Part shown: positions 35,937 to 43,786 of the stretch, piece after piece
How positions within the stretch are numbered: the stretch's first letter is position 1
Layout of the letters: each line of letters starts with the position of its first letter
Assembly (NCBI GenBank): GCA_026396805.1
Contig: JAPLVZ010000002.1
Coordinates: forward strand, 1-57,801
Origin: Candidatus Falkowbacteria bacterium
GTDB taxonomy: Bacteria > Patescibacteriota > Patescibacteriia > Patescibacteriales > UBA12465
Direction of reading: 5' to 3'
Length of the DNA stretch: 57,801 bases
The notes under the pieces: generated by a model
Seen by the model: only the letters and a program-made list of their open reading frames with translations
Told to the model about the DNA's origin: nothing
The model's database searches: none
Program-made: the position numbers and the translations under genes

Positions 35937-38900
35937 CGCTGGTTCTAATTTTCTAGCGGCTAACGCCGGCACAGGTTTCATGGCTACCGGGGAAAGAGCC
36001 AGCTATCTCCAAACTGCTAATTCAAATCTCTTCCAATTATCAGGTAACTATCAAACAGCCGGCAACTATCTGACCACGGCCATGTTATCCAATGCCGGAT
36101 CTCTATTCCAGTCAACCGGAAATTATTTGACGACCGCCATGGCCTCTAATGAGGGATCTAATTTCTTAGCTGTTGGTGCTTCAACAAATTTCCTCTCCAA
36201 TAATGCCGGGTCTTTCTTAGCTGTTGGTGCTTCAACAAATTTCCTCTCCAATAATGCCGGGTCATTATTCTTGGGTTCTAATGCCGGATCTCTATTCCAG
36301 TCAACCGGAAATTATTTGACGACCGCCATGGCCTCTAATGAGGGATCTAATTTCTTAGCTGTTGGTGCTTCAACAAATTTTCTCTCCAATAATGCCGGGT
36401 CATTATTCTTGGGTTCTAATGCCTCAACTAATTATCTCCAAACAGCCAATAGTTCACTATTTCAATACACTTCAGCCAATACTAATTTCCTCGCCTCTAA
36501 GGCACTGGTTTCATGTCTACCGGAGAAAGAGCTAATTATTTAGGTACTGCCTATACTGCCAACTTCCTCTCTAACAATGCTGGGTCTAATTTCTTAGCTG
36601 TTGGTGCTTCAACAAATTTCCTCTCCAATAATGCCGGGTCATTATTCTTGGGTTCTAATGCCGGATCTAATTTCTTAGCATCTAATGCTGGCACTGGTTT
36701 CATGTCTACCGGAGAAAGAGCCAGTTATTTCCTCACGGCCAACTCCTCATTATTCCAAGCCTCCGGAAATTATTTGACGACCGCCATGGCCTCTAATGAG
36801 GGATCTAATTTCTTAGCTATTGGTGCTTCAACAAATTTCCTCTCCAATAATGCTGGGTCTAACTTCCTCGCATCTAATGCCGGGTCTGCTTTCCAATATA
36901 CTTCCGCCAACACTAACTTTCTGGGCACCGCCGCCTCCGGTTCATTCCTCCAGACGGCCAACAGTTCGTTGTTTCAATATACTTCCGCCAATACTAACTT
37001 CCTGGGCGTTGGCGCGGCCGCCTCTTTCCGCTACACCTCCAACGATTCATTATTACAGGCCTCCGGCAACTATCTGACCACGGCGATGGCCTCCAACGCC
37101 GGGTCTCTATTCCAATATACTTCCGCCAACACTAACTTTCTGGGCACTAATGCCGGCACCGGTTTCATGTCGACGGGCGAGAGAGCCAGCTATTTCCTCA
37201 CGGCTAACTCCTCGCTCCTGCAAGCCTCGGGGAATTACCTGACCACGGCGATGTTATCCAACGCTGGTTCTGCTTTCCAATATACATCTGCTAATTCCAA
37301 CTTCTTTGCTGTTGCCAACTCCTCCAACCTGCTCGGCACCGCGGCGAGCGGCTCGTTCCTCCAGACGGCTAATTCCTCTCTCTTCCAATACACTTCGGCC
37401 AACACTAACTTCCTGGGCACTAACGCCGGCACTGGTTTCATGTCGACGGGCGAAAGAGTCAGCTATTTCCTCACCGCCAACTCTTCGCTTCTGCAGGCCT
37501 CGGGCAATTACCTTACCACCGCCATGGCCTCCAACGCCGGGTCTCTATTCCAATATACTTCCGCCAATACTAATTTCCTCGGCACTAACGCCGGCACTGG
37601 TTTCATGAGCACCGGAGAAAGAGTCAGCTATTTCCTCACCGCCAACTCCTCACTGTTACAGGCCTCCGGTAATTATTTGACCACCGCCATGTTATCCAAC
37701 GCTGGTTCCGCTTTCCAATATACTTCCGCCAATACTAACTTCCTCGGCACCGCCGCTTCCGGTTCATTCCTCCAGACCGCCAACAGTTCGCTGTTTCAAT
37801 ATACTAGTGCTAACACTAATTTCCTCGGCACCGCCGCGAGTGGTTTATTCCTCCAGACGGCCAACAGTTCGCTGTTTCAATATACTAGTGCTAACACTAA
37901 TTTCCTGGGTACTAACGCCGGCACTGGCTTCATGAGCACCGGCGAAAGAGCCAGCTATCTCCTTACGGCCAACTCCTCGCTCCTGCAAGCCTCCGGCAAC
38001 TACCTGACCACGGCGATGGCCTCCAACGCCGGGTCTCTATTTCAATATACTTCCGCCAACACTAATTTCCTCGGCACTAATGCCGGAACTGGTTTCATGT
38101 CGACGGGCGAAAGAGTCAGCTATTTTCTCACGGCCAACTCTTCGCTCTTGCAGACCACGGGCAATTATCTCACCACGGCGATGCTGTCTAATGCCGGATC
38201 AGCTTTCCAATATACCTCGGCCAACACTAATTTCATGCAGGGCTGGGCGCTCGCCGGAGCTAACACTGCCGGTACCACCTCCAGCGCGCAGGGAACACAA
38301 TTATATTTTTCCGGCGGAAACATGATGACTATTTCCGGCAATTCCAATTCTCTGGTCTTCTCAGTCAACACCGCCAGCCTATTGGGTACCGGCGCAGCCG
38401 CTTCTTTCCTATATACCTCCGCTTCCTCCAACCTGCTCAATACCTCCGCTTCCTCCAATTTCTTCCTCACGGCCAACTCCTCACTGTTACAGGCCTCGGG
38501 AAATTACCTGACCACGGCGATGTTATCCAACGCTGGTTCCGCTTTCCAATATACTTCCGCCAACACTAATTTTCTCGGCACTAACGCCGGAACTGGTTTC
38601 ATGTCGACGGGCGAAAGAGCCAGCTATTTTCTCACCGCCAACTCCTCGCTCCTGCAGGCCTCCGGAAACTACTTGACGACAGCCATGGCCTCCAATGTCG
38701 GATCTCTATTCCAATACACTTCAGCCAACACTAACTTCCTGGGTACCGCCGCCAGCGGATCATTCCTCCAGACGGCTAACAGTTCGCTGTTTCAATATAC
38801 TAGCGCCAACACTAATTTCCTGGGTTCGGCCGCGAGCGGATCGTTCCTCGGCACCGCGGCCTCTGGCTCGTTCCTCCAGACGGCCAACTCCTCTCTCTTC

Positions 38901-39110
38901 CAATACACATCCGCCAACACTAATTTCCTGGGTTCGGCCGCTTCCTCCAACTTCCTCTCATCTAATGCTAGCTCTAATTACCTCGGTTCCGGAGCAACTT
39001 CCAACTTCCTCTCATCTAATGCTAGCTCTAATTACCTCGGTTCCGGAGCCTCTTCTAATTTTCTCTCATCTAATGCTAGTTCTAATTATTTGGGCACCGG
39101 TAATAGTAGT
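34884..39110 (+). repeat. Internal coding repeat region (~4.2 kb) of shuffled ~24-30-bp units and larger duplicated blocks
   Basis: 27-bp unit three times at 34884-34964; near-exact 148-bp tandem block starting at 35769 and 35917; many copies of FQYTSANTNFLG, NYLTTAM and TGFMSTGER. Confidence 0.92.
35926..36543 (+). CDS. Fibre fragment 3: stalk repeats only
   Basis: Same repeat vocabulary as the flanking fragments; no independent start features. Confidence 0.6.
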   Translation: MGANAGSNFLAANAGTGFMATGERASYLQTANSNLFQLSGNYQTAGNYLTTAMLSNAGSLFQSTGNYLTTAMASNEGSNFLAVGASTNFLSNNAGSFLAVGASTNFLSNNAGSLFLGSNAGSLFQSTGNYLTTAMASNEGSNFLAVGASTNFLSNNAGSLFLGSNASTNYLQTANSSLFQYTSANTNFLASKALVSCLPEKELII

Positions 39111-40205
39111 AACATCGTTCGTAATTTTACAATTGGCGGTAACTCCACTAGCGTTGGCGGAGGATATGTTGCAATCAGTAGCGGTACAATGTTGTTAGCC
39201 GGTGGCGCTAATATTACTTTGTCGCAGAATGGCCAATCAATTACCATACTCGGCGGCGCCGGTGGCGGTGGTTTCGCGATGTCGCTCAGTGGCAATTCTA
39301 CCAGTAATGGTGGCGGCTATTCCTTAATTACTAATGGCACGATGTATTTAGCCGGCGGTAACGGTATCACCCTTTCTCAAAACGGACAATCAATAACAAT
39401 TTCCGCGGCCAATAACCTTAATGGTATCGTAATTGGCGGCAACACCGCCGGTGTGACCGCTTCAATATCTTCCGGTTACATGACTTTAGCGGGCGGCGAT
39501 AACATCACCATATCTCAGAACGGCAACGCGCTGACCATTTCCGGTGCCGCTGCGGCTGGCGGCGGAGCGACTTTATCGAATTTTCGCCCAATGGAAAATA
39601 TCTTCTCTTCAATTGGTACTATCCCACAGGGGTCGTGCTCGATAAGGCCGGTTTATATACCGTTCAATGTAACGGGAAGCGTCATGAAATTTGCTGTTTC
39701 TAACAACGTCGGTACTGTCGCAAATAATTCTTCAGCCGGCCAAAATATTAGTATGAATGTGGCAATCTATTCTTATAATAATTCCAGCCTTTCGCTAATC
39801 ACCTCCGGAAGCACTTATCAGTATGCTTCTTATTCCAGCAACGTCACCGGGTCCATGACCGGCATGAAGCAACTTACCGTTCCCATCGATATTAATATCG
39901 CGCCGGGCGAGTATTGGATAGGGTTGGCAGTTTCATGGGCCACGAGCGGGCAGACATCGCTCGGCCAATCAAAGACTCTTTACGGGGATCCTCTGATGCC
40001 TACCGCAGCTCAAGCTAATAACATTGGTAATATAGGCAATGGGACGGCCACGATCAGGCATGCTTATCCGTTTCTTGGGGTTTACACCGCCGGGATATCC
40101 GCCTGCCCCGTGTCCATCAGCTCCGGACAAATTAATGCCACCTCTGCATCCAATCCGGTAAGGGCTAATTTCTGGTTTGAAATGCGGAGCAATCAGCCGT
40201 GGTAA
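36513..40205 (+). CDS. Fibre fragment 4: stalk repeats, beta-modules and C-terminal tip domain
   Basis: 1230 aa; repeats to ~39110, three LAGG.NIT.SQNG..I/LTI modules, then a ~200-aa non-repetitive beta-rich domain (IAPGEYWIGL). Confidence 0.8.
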   Translation: MSTGERANYLGTAYTANFLSNNAGSNFLAVGASTNFLSNNAGSLFLGSNAGSNFLASNAGTGFMSTGERASYFLTANSSLFQASGNYLTTAMASNEGSNFLAIGASTNFLSNNAGSNFLASNAGSAFQYTSANTNFLGTAASGSFLQTANSSLFQYTSANTNFLGVGAAASFRYTSNDSLLQASGNYLTTAMASNAGSLFQYTSANTNFLGTNAGTGFMSTGERASYFLTANSSLLQASGNYLTTAMLSNAGSAFQYTSANSNFFAVANSSNLLGTAASGSFLQTANSSLFQYTSANTNFLGTNAGTGFMSTGERVSYFLTANSSLLQASGNYLTTAMASNAGSLFQYTSANTNFLGTNAGTGFMSTGERVSYFLTANSSLLQASGNYLTTAMLSNAGSAFQYTSANTNFLGTAASGSFLQTANSSLFQYTSANTNFLGTAASGLFLQTANSSLFQYTSANTNFLGTNAGTGFMSTGERASYLLTANSSLLQASGNYLTTAMASNAGSLFQYTSANTNFLGTNAGTGFMSTGERVSYFLTANSSLLQTTGNYLTTAMLSNAGSAFQYTSANTNFMQGWALAGANTAGTTSSAQGTQLYFSGGNMMTISGNSNSLVFSVNTASLLGTGAAASFLYTSASSNLLNTSASSNFFLTANSSLLQASGNYLTTAMLSNAGSAFQYTSANTNFLGTNAGTGFMSTGERASYFLTANSSLLQASGNYLTTAMASNVGSLFQYTSANTNFLGTAASGSFLQTANSSLFQYTSANTNFLGSAASGSFLGTAASGSFLQTANSSLFQYTSANTNFLGSAASSNFLSSNASSNYLGSGATSNFLSSNASSNYLGSGASSNFLSSNASSNYLGTGNSSNIVRNFTIGGNSTSVGGGYVAISSGTMLLAGGANITLSQNGQSITILGGAGGGGFAMSLSGNSTSNGGGYSLITNGTMYLAGGNGITLSQNGQSITISAANNLNGIVIGGNTAGVTASISSGYMTLAGGDNITISQNGNALTISGAAAAGGGATLSNFRPMENIFSSIGTIPQGSCSIRPVYIPFNVTGSVMKFAVSNNVGTVANNSSAGQNISMNVAIYSYNNSSLSLITSGSTYQYASYSSNVTGSMTGMKQLTVPIDINIAPGEYWIGLAVSWATSGQTSLGQSKTLYGDPLMPTAAQANNIGNIGNGTATIRHAYPFLGVYTAGISACPVSISSGQINATSASNPVRANFWFEMRSNQPW

Positions 40206-40250
40206 AGCCCTGTCAAAAATATTTATCTTACTTAATAAATTTCTAATAAC

Positions 40251-41264
40251 ATGATCAAACGATTCATAATCTTCATAGTCAGCGGGGTCATTATTTTAGG
40301 GATCGGCATAAGCATCGGTTATTATCGGGCGCATTTTTTGTTATCTACAATGTCTGCCGTTAATACCCAGCCTGCTTATACCGTCGCTCCTGCCATTTTT
40401 AATAGCAATGACGATGCGTTTCCGTTCATAAATCCTACGGTTACCTCAAATTTGGGCAAACATTTTATCATTAACTTTAAGCCGCTCAAAGAACAAATGA
40501 CCGCTATCCAGAAAAAATACCCTCAACATACCTATATTTACTTTTCATATCTTAATAATTCTTCCTGGGTGGGCATAAACGAACGCGATTTATTCGTGTC
40601 GGCCAGTACCATTAAAGTTCCTTTAACCATGGCCGTATTAAAGGCCGAGGAGGATAATAAATTGAAATTGGCAGACAAATATGCGCTGGAAGAATTGGAT
40701 CTGGATGGTAATTTCGGAGAATTGTATCAAGTCGGATCTGATAAAGAATTATCGGTTGAAGAATTAATAAAGATCATGTTGGAGAAGTCGGATAATACGG
40801 CGATGAGAGCCATCATCAATATTTTAAATAAGATCGGAATCAATGATCCTTTTGTCAACGTTTATGAGGCAATGGGATGGGATACCAGCGATACCGACTT
40901 AATACCCGAAATTGGAAAGGCGCCAAATTATCAAGCGATCAATCTCAAAACTTTGTCCAATATGTTCATAGCTCTTTATGATTCAAAGTATATCAATACA
41001 GAAAATTCCAATAGGGTTCTTGAATACTTGGCCAATACGCCATTCAACGATAAAATAGTCGCCGGCGTGCCCAAGGACATACTAGTCGCGCACAAGATCG
41101 GAATTTCTGTGACGGATAATACCTTTTCCGATTGCGGAATCGTTTACGCGCCTAACCGGAATTATATTTTATGCTTGGGTTCAAGCGGCGCTGACGAAGC
41201 GAACGCCGACAAATTCATGGCTGAAATCTCGAAAGTCGTGTATCAGTTTGTGATAAATAACTAG
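40251..41264 (+). CDS. Membrane-anchored serine hydrolase, class A beta-lactamase/PBP-like fold
   Basis: N-terminal TM; SxxK (SASTIK), SDN (KSDNTA), HKIG in place of KTG, DCGIVY. Confidence 0.85.
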   Translation: MIKRFIIFIVSGVIILGIGISIGYYRAHFLLSTMSAVNTQPAYTVAPAIFNSNDDAFPFINPTVTSNLGKHFIINFKPLKEQMTAIQKKYPQHTYIYFSYLNNSSWVGINERDLFVSASTIKVPLTMAVLKAEEDNKLKLADKYALEELDLDGNFGELYQVGSDKELSVEELIKIMLEKSDNTAMRAIINILNKIGINDPFVNVYEAMGWDTSDTDLIPEIGKAPNYQAINLKTLSNMFIALYDSKYINTENSNRVLEYLANTPFNDKIVAGVPKDILVAHKIGISVTDNTFSDCGIVYAPNRNYILCLGSSGADEANADKFMAEISKVVYQFVINN

Positions 41265-41303
41265 ACCCGATTAATCCACGGGAGGATTAATTTCCAGTTA
41301 AAT

Positions 41304-41332
41304 TTGACCCCTTATAATGTTGTTGCTATACT
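41304..41332 (+). promoter_or_regulatory. Sigma70 promoter with extended -10 for the GT-MTase-cohesin/dockerin genes
   Basis: TTGACC, 17 nt, TG-c-TATACT. Confidence 0.65.
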
Positions 41333-41377
41333 AATTTTTAGATAAAATAAATTATAATTAAGTTAAAATTAATATTT

Positions 41378-42097
41378 ATGCAAGCTCAAATTGTTAGTGA
41401 AAATTTTCAGGGCCGTCATAATTCTGATATTCTAAGCAGCGTTGAGCGCTTAGAAAATGGCCAAGGTTATCGAGACTTATCAACCATCTGTGTCGTTCCA
41501 ACCAGAGGCATGATTCCGGCTAAGGCCGCGCAAAGCTGGATGGGCATGATGTCGCCGATGAATCAGAAGTTTACTCGCCTTTTTATGATTGGCATGGAAG
41601 TCGGCGAAGCTTATAATTCAGTGATTGAGAGTATCCTGGCTAACCCAGAATTATCCAAATGGAAATATTTGTTGACCCTGGAAGAAGATAATTTGCCGCC
41701 GCCCGATGGCCTCTTGAAGCTTTACGAACACATTGACGATTACGCGGCTTTAGGCGGTTTGTATTGGACAAAAGGCGAGGGCGGTCAGCCCATGATTTAC
41801 GGCGAGGGGAAGGAAGGCGATATGCATTTCCGCCCTCAACCGCCAACTTTAGAGATTCAGGAATGTGATGGTTTGGGCATGGGCTTTACCTTGTTTAAAA
41901 TGGATATTTTTAAAGATCCGCGTTTAGAAAAACCCTGGTTCAAGACTTGTCAGGAGTTTGATCCGGCGCGCGGCGCTAAAGTTATGACCCAAGACCTTTA
42001 TTTCTTTGAGAAGATTAGGAAGCTGGGTTATAAAGTCGCTTGCGATACGCGCGTGCGGGTCGGGCATTACGATTATAATATGGATATCGTCTGGTAA
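41378..42097 (+). CDS. GT-A fold (GT2-like) glycosyltransferase
   Basis: ICVVPTRG, YLLTLEEDNLPP (DxD-equivalent), GMGFTLFK..IF, QDLYFF..IRKLGYKV.CD..V.VGH. Confidence 0.75.
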   Translation: MQAQIVSENFQGRHNSDILSSVERLENGQGYRDLSTICVVPTRGMIPAKAAQSWMGMMSPMNQKFTRLFMIGMEVGEAYNSVIESILANPELSKWKYLLTLEEDNLPPPDGLLKLYEHIDDYAALGGLYWTKGEGGQPMIYGEGKEGDMHFRPQPPTLEIQECDGLGMGFTLFKMDIFKDPRLEKPWFKTCQEFDPARGAKVMTQDLYFFEKIRKLGYKVACDTRVRVGHYDYNMDIVW

Positions 42098-42132
42098 ATT
42101 AAAATAGTATAAAAATTAACTAATATCATCAT

Positions 42133-42723
42133 ATGAAACTAGACATCGCCTGCGGGCAAAACAAGCAAGTTGGATTTATGGGCGTCGATATCGCTGCCGC
42201 TCCCGGCGTCGACTTCGTTTTTGACTTAGAAAAATTTCCCTGGACGCAATTTAAAGACAACTCTGTTGAGGAAGTTTATTGCAGCCATTATCTAGAGCAT
42301 GTACCGAATCTGGTAAAATTTTTTGATGAAGTCTGGCGAATTTGTTCTAATGGCGCCAAAGTAACTTTTTTGAGCCCTTACTATACTTCCATCCGGGCCT
42401 GGCAGGATCCGACTCACGTCCGGCCGATTTCCGAAGCCACCTTCTTATATACTGATAAGAATTGGCGGATTTCTCAAAAATTAGACCATTATCCGATGCA
42501 GTGTAATTTTAAGACAGAAAAATTGACCGTTTTCTTTGTCCCGCCTTGGGATAAGAAAACCGAAGAAGCGCGTCAGTTCGCCGCTCAGCATTATTTTAAT
42601 GTTATTTCCGATATTGTTGTGGAACTCACGGTTATTAAAGATCAAATCGAAGCCAAGTCCCAAGAAAAGACCCCAGAGAAGCCAGAAGAAAAGTCCCCCA
42701 AAAAGCCGGCCGTTAAGAAATAA
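42133..42723 (+). CDS. Class I SAM-dependent methyltransferase
   Basis: KLDIACG, GVDI, DNSVEEVYCSHYLEH, EVWRI...GA, DPTH. Confidence 0.88.
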   Translation: MKLDIACGQNKQVGFMGVDIAAAPGVDFVFDLEKFPWTQFKDNSVEEVYCSHYLEHVPNLVKFFDEVWRICSNGAKVTFLSPYYTSIRAWQDPTHVRPISEATFLYTDKNWRISQKLDHYPMQCNFKTEKLTVFFVPPWDKKTEEARQFAAQHYFNVISDIVVELTVIKDQIEAKSQEKTPEKPEEKSPKKPAVKK

Positions 42724-42736
42724 TCTAAAATAGACA

Positions 42737-43240
42737 ATGCGCGACCAAATTATCGGAAAAATTTATAAGATTATCGGTTTGATTTTAATGATTCTTATTC
42801 TCGCCTTGATATTTTGGTTACGGTCCGACAGGGCGTCCTTTCCCACGACGCAACCCGAAAGCGGGTTTCAGCTTGCTCCCCTAAGTCCCGGATTTAGCAA
42901 CGGGTCAACGCCGGAAAATAGCACCAGTTCCACAGCTATCCTCCCACCCCCCAGCCAATTTTCTTATTTTAATTACGACCTCGCGTCGCTAAACACTAAA
43001 AATACTTTATCCATAGAAATAAAATGCCAAGCGGCCTATTATACGATTCTGGTCTTCAGTTCTAAGGATGATTACCGGGAAAACCCCGCCGCCGCCCGGT
43101 TTAATCAGGCGACGCCTTGCCGCCTAGGGGAAGAGATTAAGCGCAGTTTGGACTTAAAGGAACTTAATCTGACGGCAGGGAGATATTATTATATCCGGGC
43201 TGATCAGGGCCAGGCCGGCAGTTGGTATAATGCCCGTTAA
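42737..43240 (+). CDS. Hypothetical membrane-anchored protein
   Basis: N-terminal TM, P/S/T linker, small beta-rich domain (L.AGRYYYIRADQG). Confidence 0.7.
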   Translation: MRDQIIGKIYKIIGLILMILILALIFWLRSDRASFPTTQPESGFQLAPLSPGFSNGSTPENSTSSTAILPPPSQFSYFNYDLASLNTKNTLSIEIKCQAAYYTILVFSSKDDYRENPAAARFNQATPCRLGEEIKRSLDLKELNLTAGRYYYIRADQGQAGSWYNAR

Positions 43241-43294
43241 TATCCGGTAATGCCCAGAAAAAAATAATTTAAATTGATATAAAAATAAAAAACT

Positions 43295-43744
43295 ATGTTC
43301 CAATTTATTAAAACTAAGAAATTTTGGCTGAAGGCCGTTATCGCGATTATCGTGCTGGCCGCTCTCGTTATAATTCTCCAAAAGCCTTTAGTAAAGCTTT
43401 GGGCGAAGATTCCCTTAGGCAAGCCGGTCTATTACGCCGTCCAGCTGAACAATAACCAAGTTTATTTCGGCCATATTAAATCGATAAATTCTAATACCAT
43501 CGTTCTGACCGATGTCTTTTATTTCGAATCTTACGAATCGCCCGCCAGCCAGAGTCCGGACGGCAATCTGCAAATCCAATCGACATCCCAGAAAATTTAT
43601 AATTTTACCAAGCGGGGCGCTGTTAGCCCGATGTTGACCGATAATCGGATGTTTATTAATCGGGCCGCGGTGCTTTTTTGGGAAAAATTGAGCGCCGGAT
43701 CCGATATGGCCAAGTGGATAGACCAGGGGAAAGCCCAAAAATAA
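43295..43744 (+). CDS. Hypothetical membrane-anchored protein with Sm-like YYAVQLNNNQVYFG motif
   Basis: N-terminal TM; YAVxL.N.QVYFG, L.DVFY, INR..VLFWE.L. Confidence 0.72.
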   Translation: MFQFIKTKKFWLKAVIAIIVLAALVIILQKPLVKLWAKIPLGKPVYYAVQLNNNQVYFGHIKSINSNTIVLTDVFYFESYESPASQSPDGNLQIQSTSQKIYNFTKRGAVSPMLTDNRMFINRAAVLFWEKLSAGSDMAKWIDQGKAQK

Positions 43745-43786
43745 ATTTTCCAGTTTTAAGGATTGCGCCTAATCTTGCTCATCAAT

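Larger units (their letters stand above)
33536..40205 (+). pseudogene. Giant repeat-rich surface fibre/adhesin gene split into four frames (33536-34438, 34452-35936, 35926-36543, 36513-40205)
   Basis: Repeat motifs run continuously across all three junctions: +1 at G10 (34403-34412), +1 at ~35916 and -1 at ~36500. Signal peptide, SYQGRLTD N-terminal domain, repeat stalk and unique C-terminal domain. Confidence 0.85.

Noticed and set aside
34884-39110. Repeat region as a CRISPR array, DGR template/variable repeat, or ice-nucleation protein
   Set aside because: Repeats are coding, vary mostly at synonymous positions and have no unique spacers. There is no cas or reverse transcriptase gene, no adenine-specific variation, and no AGYGSTxT 16-residue periodicity.
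33536-42723. Prophage remnant (tail-fibre-like repeats with GT and MTase)
   Set aside because: No capsid, terminase, portal, integrase or lysis genes, and the fibre has a signal peptide. A distant phage origin of modules remains possible.
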